From an uncultured delta proteobacterium (lineage in GTDB: Bacteria > Myxococcota_A > Polyangia > Fen-1088), in NCBI GenBank assembly GCA_963737265.1, contig CAVTRY010000015.1, positions 64,001 to 128,000 on the forward strand: DNA of 64,000 nucleotides. The letters run 5' to 3'. This document shows, in pieces, positions 10,570 through 22,053 of the stretch (position 1 is the first letter of the stretch; every line of letters starts with the position of its first letter). The position numbers were made by a program, and so were the translations under genes. Under the pieces are notes generated by a model. It worked only from the letters and a program-made list of their open reading frames with translations, ran no database searches and was not told the origin of the DNA.

Positions 10570-10739
10570 CCGCCCGGCGTCGAAGACGGTTCGACCCTGC
10601 GGATGACCGGGCGGGGCGAGGCCGCGCCAGGCAACGGCCAGCCTGGCAACCTCTACGTCACTTAGCTGCCAGCGCGGGCGGCGACCAGATCGAGCCGCCC
10701 GGCGAGCGCAGCAGTTTCTGGCGCAAGAAGCGCAAGTAA
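10570..10739 (+). pseudogene. dnaJ: Internally deleted second dnaJ fragment
   Basis: PPGVEDGSTLRMTGRGEAAPGNGQPGNLYVT* (DnaJ C-domain motif) joined directly to a copy of the dnaJ last codons ASAGGDQIEPPGERSSFWRKKRK*. Confidence 0.8.
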
Positions 10740-10823
10740 ATCGCCGCTATTTCTTCTTCGCGTTCTTCGTCGGCGTAGCGCTCTTGGCGGGGCTCGTCGG
10801 CTTCTTCCCGTCGGGCTTCGTGA
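10667..10823. repeat. 157-bp direct repeat, right copy
   Basis: Matches 84-240 at a constant offset of 10583 bp. Confidence 0.95.
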
Positions 10824-13194
10824 GCGAGAAGTTGATGGTCGGCACCGGCTTGTCGAGTGCATAGAGCCAGGCATACGTGAGGTAGCTCGACAGCACGCGC
10901 TTGGTGTAGCCGCGGGTCTCGTCGAAGGGGATGGTTTCGATGAACTCGTCGAGCTCGACATCGCCGCGTTCGCGCAGCCAGCGATCCACGCCGCCCTCGC
11001 CGGCATTGTAGCCGCTGATCGCGAGCGGAACCGCACCCGCGTAGTGGTCGAGCAGGAAGGCCAGAAATCGCGAGCCGACCTCCAGGTTCTTTTCCGGGTT
11101 GAGCAGCGCCTCGCGCGTGACCGGCCACTTGGCGAAACGCTGGGCGGTTTTCGTCATCATCTGCGTCAGGCCGAGCGCGTTGGCGAAGGATTCGGCGCGC
11201 GGATAGAACGAGCTTTCTTCGCGCATGATCGCCCATTGCAAGGCCTCCGGGACCTTGTTGGCGTGGCTGTTCTTGGCCACCAGATCGGGGAATGCCTTGG
11301 GGTAGCCCAAGCGCCACTCGGCCTCGCGACGGCCGCCGTTGGGGTAGGAACGTCTGTAGGTCGTCAGCGTGTAACGAGGAATGGCATGGGATGCATTCCA
11401 CTGGCCGCTACGATCGAGCAGAATCGCGGTAATCCAATACACGTCTTCGCGTCCGCTCGAGATTGGGGCGTCGCCTTTGCCGGTCCCGACCCGCAGTCCA
11501 AGTCGGCCAAGCTCCCGGCGCGCCTCGGCGCCAAGCCCCATGCGCGCGAACTCCACGGCGCGCAAGAAGCCGGGCTCGCCGAAGATCGCCTGCTTGCCGA
11601 AGTCCCACGGCAACTTCTTGTCGCCATCGCCCATGTGCTTGCGCAATTCATGCAGCAGCGCCGTCCTCGCTTCGGGAAAGGTCTTGCGCATGCGTTCGAG
11701 CGCAAACAGCGTGTACACCGAGAGCGGATACTCGCGCACGGCGCGTTCGTAGGTTTCGCGCGCCTCCTTGCGCAGCTTCTTCTTCTCCAGCACGCGCGCC
11801 TTCCAATAAAGAGCACGGCCGTCGGCGTACCAGATGTCCTCGCGCGGATAGCGCCTCAAGATCTCGTCGAGCCAATGCAGGGTCTTGCCATCGTCGTGGG
11901 CGCGCCAGCTTGCCAGCGCCAGCCGCCACAGCGCTTCGGGCGCCATGTCGCCCTTGGGATAGACATCCGCCAGATCGCCGAGCAGCTTTTCGGCTTCGCC
12001 ATCCTTGCCGTTGTCGGTGTAGACCTCGGCGGCGCGCAGGCGGGCGTCGTCGGCCAGCCGGTGGTCGGAAAAGTCCTTCTCGATCTGGGCGTAGAGCGCG
12101 AGTGCCTTTTCCTTGTCGCCCGCGGACGCATACGAACGCGCGCTCTGGTAGAGCGAACGCACCACGAGGTCCGGGCTGCCGGCCGCGCGGCAGTCGGCGA
12201 TGGCCTGATCGAAGAGCGGGGCGGCGCGCGGTCGCTGGCGCTGTTTCCACACCGACTGGGCCAGGTGGAAGCGGAGCTTGCACTGGGTGATCTTGTCGAC
12301 GCCGGGCAGGGCGAGCGCGGCGGCGAAGGTGTTCTCGGCCTGCGTGTTTTGATTGCCGTCGAAGAAGATCATGCCGCGAGACAGAAGCTCGTCGACGGTG
12401 CGGCCGGCGATGGAATTGAGCTGGCTTGAGCTCGCGGTCTTGGCCATCTCTTCCAGCCGGTCGGCGGCGCGGGTGGCAAAGTTGTCGAGCGGGATCTCCG
12501 CCCACAGCTTGCGGTACGCCGCCGCTACTTCCTCCACCGGCCGTCCCAGCGCGGCCAGGGCTTCCGCCCTTTGAAACATGGCCTCGGCCCGGCGCGGCCC
12601 CTTGGGAAAGCGGGTGAGAAACGTGCTGACCTCGGTGTCGACTTCGGCCCAGCGTTTGGCGGCGACGAAGGCATCCACCTTGACCATCACCGCGTCCGCC
12701 TCGGGCACGCTTCCGGACGGCACGCGCGAAAGCCAGGTGAATGCGCCCTCGCTGTCACCGCGGCGCAGGCGGCAGCGGGCCGCATAGTAGGCGTGGTAGG
12801 GGGCGAGGAGCGGATAGCTCGACCACAGGTCTTCAAAGATGTCGCCGGCGGCTTGCCACGACGACTGGTTCATGAGAGCGAGCGCGAGCAGGAAGCGCAT
12901 GGGGTTGCGCTCCGTTGCCTGCTTGGATAGACCGGGCAGGATGCGACCCAGTGCCTGACTGGCCGACATGAAATCGCCGCTGCGGAAACGCTCGGCCGCC
13001 GCGTTGGCAGGACCGGAAGCGAAAAAGGGATCGAGCCACTTCTTGTCGAACGCAACCGGCACCGTTTTGGCCGCTGGAGTAGATTCGCCTGCGCTCGCCA
13101 CCTCGTTTTCCTCGGGATCCACGGCGTCGCCCGCGCGCGCCGAGGTTGGAATAAGCAGCGACGCCAACAAGGGAAGAAGCAGGGAAGGACGCAT
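10747..13194 (-). CDS. Soluble lytic murein transglycosylase with TPR superhelix (Slt-like)
   Basis: Signal peptide MRPSLLLPLLA, TPR repeats, SLT motifs AIMREESSF, ALGLTQMM, YNAGEG, ETRGYTKRV. Confidence 0.92.
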   Translation of the reverse strand: MRPSLLLPLLASLLIPTSARAGDAVDPEENEVASAGESTPAAKTVPVAFDKKWLDPFFASGPANAAAERFRSGDFMSASQALGRILPGLSKQATERNPMRFLLALALMNQSSWQAAGDIFEDLWSSYPLLAPYHAYYAARCRLRRGDSEGAFTWLSRVPSGSVPEADAVMVKVDAFVAAKRWAEVDTEVSTFLTRFPKGPRRAEAMFQRAEALAALGRPVEEVAAAYRKLWAEIPLDNFATRAADRLEEMAKTASSSQLNSIAGRTVDELLSRGMIFFDGNQNTQAENTFAAALALPGVDKITQCKLRFHLAQSVWKQRQRPRAAPLFDQAIADCRAAGSPDLVVRSLYQSARSYASAGDKEKALALYAQIEKDFSDHRLADDARLRAAEVYTDNGKDGEAEKLLGDLADVYPKGDMAPEALWRLALASWRAHDDGKTLHWLDEILRRYPREDIWYADGRALYWKARVLEKKKLRKEARETYERAVREYPLSVYTLFALERMRKTFPEARTALLHELRKHMGDGDKKLPWDFGKQAIFGEPGFLRAVEFARMGLGAEARRELGRLGLRVGTGKGDAPISSGREDVYWITAILLDRSGQWNASHAIPRYTLTTYRRSYPNGGRREAEWRLGYPKAFPDLVAKNSHANKVPEALQWAIMREESSFYPRAESFANALGLTQMMTKTAQRFAKWPVTREALLNPEKNLEVGSRFLAFLLDHYAGAVPLAISGYNAGEGGVDRWLRERGDVELDEFIETIPFDETRGYTKRVLSSYLTYAWLYALDKPVPTINFSLTKPDGKKPTSPAKSATPTKNAKKK

Positions 13195-13439
13195 GGCTTG
13201 GGTCGAGAGTACGGAGCCCGCTCCGCCGCCGCAAGAAAGCGGGACATTCCTATTGGTCGCCGCGGCTGCCGGCAAAATCCGTGGGAAGGGAGCTCCGCCA
13301 GCGGAACCTAGAGACCGTCGTGGACGGTGATGCAGCGACGCGACGACCTATCGCCCTCCAATGCTGCGAAGATCGGATGTTCGCACTGGTCGGCGCGGTC
13401 CTCGACCGCCGGTCTGGACGACCTGGCTAAGCGGCGCGC

Positions 13440-15026
13440 TCAGTTGCAGGGCATGACGCGCGCCACGGTGATCGTGCTGAACGAGAAGGCGACGCCGGCC
13501 CAGGCCACGCTGCCGTCGGGGAAGGCCTTCCACGACTGCCACGGGTGGTCGGGCGCCGCGATCGTGAACTGCGAGCCGACCGTCGCGCCGGTAGTGGAAT
13601 CGTAGATCTGCGCGGCCTGGCCCGACCCCGAGCCCCAGGTCAGGAGCATCTTCCCGGTGCCGTACGAGACCAGGTGCGGGTTTTCGGTGTTCCCGGCCGT
13701 GACGACGGTCTGGTCGGACGGGCTCGTGCCGCTGAAGTGCTCAAGCTTGATCACCTTGCCCTGGCTCCACGCGGTCCAGTAACCGGTGTTGCCGGCCAGC
13801 ACGATGTCGCCGCCAAACAGCGTCCCATCGCACGTCCCGGTCGCCACCGTGTGGTAGCCGTTGGGCTGCGCGATCCGGCAGTTGTTGTCGGTCGCGCAGA
13901 CCATCACGAAGTGGCTGGTGCGCGGATCCCAGACCATCCGCGTCGTCCAGCTGTGGCTGCACCCGATCCCGAAGCTGTCGTGCCCGGTCAGCAGCGTCCC
14001 CGTCGGGCCGACCACCTCCATGCGATCGCCTTCGTGGATGTCGATCTTGCCCGCGCCGCCCGCGCACGAGCTGGTGCTGTTGGTGACGGTGATGGCGTCG
14101 CAGAAGTAGGCGGCGTAGTTGGTGCCGTCGGTGGCGAGGCGACCGTGGTGCTGGTACCACCAGACGAACTCCGTCGAGCCGTTGCTGCCGGAAGGACTGG
14201 CGTAGCCCGGATAGGTCGCGCTCGAGTTGGTCAGCTTCGTCGACCACTGCTCCTGACCCGCGCAGTCATAGCGGACCATATACGTGTCGTAGCAGCCGGG
14301 ACGGTCGGACGGCAGGCTGCAGAGGTTGTTCACGTCGCCGCAGTGTTGCGCGTCGACGGTGCTCTCACCGTCGCGCGTCAACACGACGACGCCGCCGTTG
14401 CCGTCGGCGGCCAGGTCCTGAAAGTCGTGGCCCGCGAACGTCCATGGCGTGCCGGTCAGCTGGTCGCTGCAGTTGAGCTCGCCGATATGCACCTGGCCCG
14501 CGGTGCTGCTGCCATAGTGCGAGTAGCCGCTCACCCACGAGATGCGCGAGCCACCGCCCGGCTCGGCTGCGATCGCCAGCGGCACGGCGTAGGTCTCGTC
14601 CGTCGAGTAGGCGACGGCGGCGCCGACGTTGACCGAGGTGACGAGCACCTGAGGCGACGAGCACGACCCCACCGTCGCGGCCGGGCAATTCCCCGGACAG
14701 TTGCCGACGGCGCCGCCTGCCCCACCCGTGGCCGTCGTCCCGCCCGTGGTCGTCGTCCCGCCCGTGGCCGTCGTCCCGCCGGTCCCGGTGCTGCCGACGG
14801 ATGCCTTGGTGCCGCCCGTCGCGATCGCGCCGCCGGTCCCCGTCGCGCCGCCCGACGCGGTCGCATCGCCGGTCCCTGTCGCGCCGCCCGACGCGGTCGT
14901 GCCGCCGGTTCCGGTCGTGCCAGACCCGCCGGTCCCGCCCGAGCCTTCCGACTTGGTGCAGGCGCCCGCAAGCACCAGGGTTCCTGCCAACAAAACGCCC
15001 CCGAGCCGGGTCCTTGATGAGGTCAT
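13440..15026 (-). CDS. Lipoprotein with Gly/Thr-rich linker and Cys-containing extracellular domain
   Basis: Lipobox LAGAC, (T/A)GGxx repeats, then a ~400-aa globular domain; GC-typical codon usage. Confidence 0.75.
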   Translation of the reverse strand: MTSSRTRLGGVLLAGTLVLAGACTKSEGSGGTGGSGTTGTGGTTASGGATGTGDATASGGATGTGGAIATGGTKASVGSTGTGGTTATGGTTTTGGTTATGGAGGAVGNCPGNCPAATVGSCSSPQVLVTSVNVGAAVAYSTDETYAVPLAIAAEPGGGSRISWVSGYSHYGSSTAGQVHIGELNCSDQLTGTPWTFAGHDFQDLAADGNGGVVVLTRDGESTVDAQHCGDVNNLCSLPSDRPGCYDTYMVRYDCAGQEQWSTKLTNSSATYPGYASPSGSNGSTEFVWWYQHHGRLATDGTNYAAYFCDAITVTNSTSSCAGGAGKIDIHEGDRMEVVGPTGTLLTGHDSFGIGCSHSWTTRMVWDPRTSHFVMVCATDNNCRIAQPNGYHTVATGTCDGTLFGGDIVLAGNTGYWTAWSQGKVIKLEHFSGTSPSDQTVVTAGNTENPHLVSYGTGKMLLTWGSGSGQAAQIYDSTTGATVGSQFTIAAPDHPWQSWKAFPDGSVAWAGVAFSFSTITVARVMPCN

Positions 15027-15325
15027 CGGTCGCTCCAGTGACTACGTCCCATCGCCCATGGATAGTCTTTTCAAGCGCCACTTTGCTTTCAATGTCTGAT
15101 AGGCAGCATTACGTCAACTACAGAAACCTACACACCAATCTCCCTTAAGCTATCCCTATACCCTGGTGCGCGCAATAAGCAATAAGTACAGGGTATCGGG
15201 CTGCCGCTCGCGTCCGCCAGTTCCTTTCCTACAGTACACAAGAGCCAGTACACAAGAGCATGCAGGCGCAGTTACGTTCCACTGCTCCCCGTTGGGGCCG
15301 TAGCGATTCACGTGCTCGTGTGGGG

Positions 15326-15543
<218 letters not shown>

Positions 15544-15576
15544 CATTGGGCTTGACACCCAGCCCACGCCGGGAAA

Positions 15577-16330
15577 ATGATGGGAAGGAGAGAGAAGAAC
15601 AGCTTGAGTTGCCTGCGACGTCATTGGGGACAGCTCGGGACTCCGGTCTTGGCAACCCTGGCTCTTGCGGCATCGACGACCACTTGCACGAGCGCCATCA
15701 GCGTACCCAGCGGCCGCGATGCCGGTGTGGTCGATACCTTGCGCTCCGAAACGCAGGATGCGTCGGTCGCGATCGACCTGCCGCCCGCTCCAGCCGACTC
15801 CGGCGAGGCATCGGAAGCAAAGCCAGCCACCCAATGCGCGAACCAGGTGGTGAATTCCGATCTCTTTCCCGTGCGGGGAACAGTCCGTGGGCCAAGGGTC
15901 GATGGTGAGATCTGCGACAATGGGCTGGGAACGTTCTTCCTTGGTCCGGGTGACAACGATCCCACGGGAAATGGCGACCTCGCGCCCTACGAGCAGGACT
16001 ACTTCACGACGACGACCGTTCCGCCGGGCTCCAATGGCTCTGGAATCTATGGCTTTCTGCTTCACACGCCAGCAGACGCGCTTTCCGCCGACCTGTGGGG
16101 TTGGACGGGGGCGAGCGTTCCTAATGTGGGCACCTATGATTCCGCGATCAACTGCGGTCGGCTTGACTTCGACGTGACCTTGCCCGCTCCATCTGGCGTC
16201 GTCTGCAAGACTCTCTATGCACCCTGCGATCCCGGCTGCGGTCCCGGTGGGGGTGAGGATATGCCTATGTGCATGCCCGAGCATCCCATGCTGTGGTACG
16301 AGGCGAGGTCCACGGCAACATGTGGGACAC
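15577..16330 (+). pseudogene. Secreted Cys-containing hypothetical protein, 3'-truncated
   Basis: Signal-like N-terminus; collides at ~16330 with the truncated phosphoesterase on the opposite strand. Confidence 0.45.
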
Positions 16331-16936
16331 CTCGTCGAAGCCAGTGGGGCTCCAGGCGTAGACCAGTTGTGGCAGCGTACCTGCCGCCGCCATGGTCAGG
16401 AAATCCGCGGCCTGATAGAAATGGTTGGCCTCCGCGGTCGGGTGCAGCTCTCTGTAGAACTTGGTTGGATAGCCGTCTTGGGCCGGAAACGCAGCCCAGC
16501 TGATTCCTGCTCGCTCGGCGTGAAGGAAAATACTCGGGAGGTCCCAGGTCGGACCGCCGGTGCCAAACGGAGGATTCTTCAGCGTAGGCATCTGACCGCC
16601 CGCGGCCAACATGTGACCGGAGGTTGAATTAGAGCCCGCGCCGAAGTGATGATCGCAAAACGTGAAGGTCTTGGCCAACCACGAGTAGTATGGAATAACG
16701 GCGTCGCTATCCAGCGACAAGCTCACGGCCGGGTAATCGCCCATCTTGAAGTGAACCCAAGCGTTGCGGTCGTGAGGCTGGTCGAAATCTGGCGGCGCTG
16801 CCAGGAGCGAACCGTGCTTCTGAATCTCCGCCCCCCACGCCGCAAGCGTGGGAAAGTAGAAATCGGGGGTTTTGTTCTCCTGAAGGAACACGATCACGCG
16901 AAGGGCTGTCCCAGGCGCAGGCTTGGGTTTGGTCAT
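16330..16936 (-). pseudogene. Phosphoesterase (acid phosphatase/phospholipase C family), 3'-truncated
   Basis: VIVFLQENKTPDFYF, IPYYSWLAKTFTFCDHHF, AAAGTLPQLVY..P..FDE then abrupt loss of similarity. Confidence 0.75.
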
Positions 16937-17396
16937 GAGTTCGCGCACTCGCTGATCGTCGCCTCGACGAATGCTATCGAGAGCGACGATGCGAAATACC
17001 TATCGACGGAGCGGCAGATCCAGCAGCTTGCATCTCAGCGCGACGCACTCGTCCAGCGGATGAAGGATGTGCTCGATGGTTCTAACAGCTGGCACCGCGG
17101 GCAGCTTATCGGGGAAGGCCGCGAACTTCTCGCGGCGGCACTGGTTTTGGCCAGTTCATAGCAACACCACCGACGCAAAGCCTGAGCAAGGGCCAGAGTA
17201 ACACCTGGCCCTTTCGTTTTTGGGTGACTGCAGAACCACTTCCTCAAGCCACTCACTGAATCGGGGCGGCGACGATCCCGACCGCGTCCACAGTCAAGGC
17301 CGCTCAGCACGGAATCGTGCTGGCCCTGTGACCACGAACCCCCTTCATCGCATGATTCACTTCTATCGGACGTCTGTACCGGACGGGAAGCCGTGC

Positions 17397-17530
17397 CTAC
17401 CTGAGAAGCGCAAATTAGTTGTTGTAGTGATCGGTCCACGACACCTTGCCGCGTTTCTTGTCCTCGACAGGCGGAAATGCATTTGCTACCGCCGCCACGA
17501 AGGTGGAGTTCTTGGTCAACATCACCCTGC
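17397..17530 (-). pseudogene. 3' fragment of a membrane spermidine-synthase-like protein
   Basis: Reads MLTKNSTF...VSWTDHYNN*FALLR*, resembling the family's terminal WTDDYSNL motif, with an in-frame stop. Confidence 0.5.
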
Positions 17531-17536
17531 GGGTTC

Positions 17537-19283
17537 CTAACGCCGCGCCAGCCGGCGCTGTTCGAGCAATTCCTCGATCTCGCTCGTCGAGCCCTTCGCC
17601 AGTGCCGCCGCTGCCAGCGCTTCGGCGTCGGCCAAGGTCACCGCGCGAATTGCGTTCTTGACCTCGAGCATCTCGCCGGCCGCCACGCTGAACTGGCGTA
17701 GCCCGAGCCCCAGCAGCAGCTCGGTGTACGCCGGATCGCCAGCCATTTCGCCACAAATCGTCAGCGGTCGGTCGGCGTCGCGCGCGGCATCGGCCACGAA
17801 GCGGATGACCCGTAGCACGGCCGGGTGCAGCGGTTGGTAGTAGTCGCCGAGGCTGTCGTTTTCTCTGTCCGCGGCAAGCACGTACTGCACGAGATCGTTC
17901 GTGCCCAGGCTGAAGAAGTCGAGCTCCTTGGCCAGCACCGCGGTCAACACCGCTGCCGATGGGACCTCGATCATGGCACCCAGCGGAACATTGGGATTGA
18001 AAGCCTTACCCTCGGCGCCAAGCTCGGCCATTGCCTGGGCGAGCACAGCGCGTGTCGCCCGCACCTCTTCGATCCCGCCCACGACTGGCAGTAGCACCGA
18101 CACCGGGTGCTCGGCGCTGACGCGCAAGAATGCGCGCAGCTGGCCCTTCAGCACGTCGGGATGCTTCAGCAGCAGGCGAATCCCGCGCCGCGCGAGCGAC
18201 GGGTTGCGCGCTGGCGGCAGTGGGAAATAGGAGAGCTGCTTGTCGCCGCCCACGTCGAGCAGGCGCAGCACGATCTTGCGCGGATGGATGCGCTCGGCGG
18301 CACGCTTCAAAAGCTGGTACTGCTCGTCTTCGCTGGGAAACGCACTGCGGATCGAGAACGCGAACTCCGTGCGATAGAGCCCGATCCCGTCGGCACGATA
18401 CAGGCAGGCCGCCTCGGTGTCAGAGACCTTGCTGGCGTTCGCGAGCAGGGGCACGGCGGTGCCGTCGAGCGTGACCGAAGGCAAATCGATGCCCTTCTGT
18501 AGTCCCGCGCGGTAACCGGACAGCTCGGACTCGAGTCTCTCGTACTCGCCGCGCACCGACTCGTCCGGGTTGACGAAGACGACGCCGGACACGCCGTCGA
18601 CGATCAAATGGTCGCCGGTTCTTATCTGGAGCGGAGCCTCGTGGATGCCGGACACCGCGGGGATGCGCGACGAGCGCGCGAGGATCGACGTGTGGGAAAA
18701 TTTGCCACCCCGATCCGTCACCAGCGCGCGCACACGACTGAGCTCGAAGCGCGCGGTCGCCGACGGCAGCAATTCGTCGGCCACCAGGACGGACCCCTCC
18801 GGGATGTTCGAGCACGCTCGATCCGTCATCCTTGGCCAGCGCCGCGAGAATGCGCCGACCGATGTCGCGAATGTCCGCCGAGCGTTCGCGCAGGTGGGGG
18901 TCCGACACCTGATCGAAGGCGCGGACGAACTTCTCGATCACGTCGGCCACGGCGGCCTCGACGTTGACCCGATTCTGCTGGACCGCGCTCACGACCTGTC
19001 TGTGTAGACTGTGATCGCGCACGACTAGCGCTTGCGCCGCGAAGATATCGCCCTCGCTCGTCCCGATGCGCAGAGCCACGTCCTCCCCCAGCGCGATCAG
19101 CTCGTTCTCCGCCGCCGCGAGCGCCACGTCGAAGCGCGCGAGCTCCGCGTCGATTTCGGCTGCGTCCACGCTCCGCCGCGCAACCAGCGTCTCGTCGACC
19201 GACGACAGCACGTAAGCCGCGCCGTGCGCGATGCCCGAGGAGACGGACATGCCTCGAATCATCGAGCTCTGCGAAGCTGCCAT
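17537..19283 (-). CDS. ptsI: Phosphoenolpyruvate-protein phosphotransferase, PTS enzyme I (frameshift ~18826)
   Basis: [33 protein letters not shown] (phospho-His), [31 protein letters not shown]. Confidence 0.92.
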
Positions 19284-19357
19284 CGATGGTAGTTTCACAC
19301 GCGCGCTCGAAGGTCTGCAAGGAGCAACTTTTTCGGCCGCGATCCGAGAACCAGTGC

Positions 19358-20452
<1,095 letters not shown>

Positions 20453-20582
20453 GGCGGCTGGTCCCAAGGCTCGGCTTGCCACGAATCCGCTGTCGCCCGT
20501 CCGCCGATGGGGCTTTGCAAAGCGCGTTTGGTGTGGCATTGCTCTTGGCTCTGGTAAGCAGGAACGAACACGGAAGGGCGCC

Positions 20583-20924
20583 ATGGGCGAATTCACATTT
20601 CAGGGACAGGGAACGCTTTCACGTATCGACACCTTTACGTCGAAGGCCGGAAAAACGATTCTGACCCTCATTTTCGAGACACAAGGGCAGTATCCCCAGC
20701 TTGTGCCCATCAAGGTGTTCGGGAGGCTGGCCGAGCAGGCCGCAAGCTGGAAGCCTGGAACGGTGCTGTCGGTGAGCGGCCGACTGGGCGGTCGCGACTG
20801 GCAGGGCAAGGTCTACGGCGACAACGTGGCCAACACCATCGAGGTCGTCAGCGAAGGCGCCAAGGGCGGCGATGGCCCGCCCGACGACGACTCCGTCCGC
20901 AACACCGACGATATTCCGTTCTAG
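20583..20924 (+). CDS. DUF3127-like OB-fold protein with SSB-type acidic tail
   Basis: ETQGQYPQLVPIKVFG...LGGRDWQGKVY; C-terminus DDIPF. Confidence 0.75.
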   Translation: MGEFTFQGQGTLSRIDTFTSKAGKTILTLIFETQGQYPQLVPIKVFGRLAEQAASWKPGTVLSVSGRLGGRDWQGKVYGDNVANTIEVVSEGAKGGDGPPDDDSVRNTDDIPF

Positions 20925-20969
20925 AGCACAGAACAGGTTGACGGACCCTCAACCCGTTCTGTGCTCTAG
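20921..20969. terminator. Long hairpin between convergent genes (bidirectional terminator or REP-like)
   Basis: CTAGAGCACAGAACaGGTTGA...TCAACCcGTTCTGTGCTCTAG; each CTAG end supplies the stop codon of one flanking gene. Confidence 0.65.
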
Positions 20970-21964
20970 CGCGCGACCTGGACGAGAACCTTGCCCATCG
21001 GTCCCTCGTTAAGGCGGGAAAATGCGCCTTTGACGTCGGCGAACGGAAAGATCGAATCCACGACCGGACGCTGGTGGTCCGCATCGAGGCGGGCGACGAT
21101 CTGTTTCCAGGTGGCCTGCGCTTCGTCTGACGAATAGGTTGACACGGCCACGCCACCCACGCGATTTCTGCGGAAGAACAGCGTCGCGGTGTTGAATTCC
21201 GGCACCACGCCGCCGCTGCGGCCCACCACGCTGATGCGCCCGCCGTCACCGAGCATGGCCACGACATGGTTGAAGAGCGCGCCGCCGACGTTGTCGACGA
21301 CGAGATCCACGCGCTTGGGCGCGATGGCTGACAGTACGAGCTTGCGCAAGCCTTCTTCGGCTGGGTCGAAGACAAAATCGGCGCCGAGCTTTCTTAGCCG
21401 TGCGCCCTTCTGCGTGCTGCGTGACAGGCCGACGACGATGAGCCCCATCGACTTCCCGAGCAGCACCGCCGCGCAGCCGACACCGCCGGAGGCTCCAGTG
21501 ATGAGTAGAACGGAGCCCGCGGGTGGCGGGGCAGGGGGCGAGCGCCACTGGGTGAGCGCCTGCCATGCGGTCAGATAGACCAAGGGGGCGCCGGCGGATT
21601 CTTCGAGCGACCAGCCGGCAGGAACGGGAATGATGTGGGAAGCGTCGACGGCTGTCTTTTCCGCCAGCGTCCCCCAGGCATCGACACCGGTGTCGCCGCG
21701 AAGAATCCCGACGCTATCGCCGAGCTTGACGTGCGCTACGCGCGCGCCCAGGGCAACCACCGTTCCCACCCCGTCGCGGCCGAGGACGTGCGGCAATTGG
21801 GGCTTGGCGGGATACTGCGCCTGCGCGAGAAAAGCGTCGGCTGGGTTGAGCGCAGCGTAGATTGTCTCAATCACAACTTGGCCTGGACCTGGCTGCGGAT
21901 CGGGAACATTGCCCAGGCGCAGGTTTTCCACACCACTGTATGAGTCCATCAACCATGCACGCAT
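20966..21964 (-). CDS. NADPH:quinone oxidoreductase (MDR family)
   Basis: ALNPAD, PHVLGRDGVG, LITGASGGVG, MGKVLV. Confidence 0.9.
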   Translation of the reverse strand: MRAWLMDSYSGVENLRLGNVPDPQPGPGQVVIETIYAALNPADAFLAQAQYPAKPQLPHVLGRDGVGTVVALGARVAHVKLGDSVGILRGDTGVDAWGTLAEKTAVDASHIIPVPAGWSLEESAGAPLVYLTAWQALTQWRSPPAPPPAGSVLLITGASGGVGCAAVLLGKSMGLIVVGLSRSTQKGARLRKLGADFVFDPAEEGLRKLVLSAIAPKRVDLVVDNVGGALFNHVVAMLGDGGRISVVGRSGGVVPEFNTATLFFRRNRVGGVAVSTYSSDEAQATWKQIVARLDADHQRPVVDSIFPFADVKGAFSRLNEGPMGKVLVQVAR

Positions 21965-22053
21965 TGGGTCTTTCCTTGGCGGACGACGAGTCAGCGAAGG
22001 CAGTCTAGCTCGGACATGAGCGGCGCGCCGGCAATGCGGCTAGAATCGACCGC

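Noticed and set aside
11044-12505. Long antisense and alternate-frame ORFs here and throughout (e.g. 13545..15017, 22063..23400, 61788..63674)
   Set aside because: Shadow ORFs expected from high-GC codon bias opposite well-supported genes.
14700-14950. Tandem GC-rich repeats (also 29930-30320 and 27340-27560)
   Set aside because: In-frame Gly/Thr linkers or Cys-rich protein repeats of lipoproteins, not DNA-level arrays.
20534-20550. TGGCATTGCTCTTGGCT as a sigma-54 promoter
   Set aside because: GG-to-GC spacing is off by one from the -24/-12 consensus, so it is not supportable.
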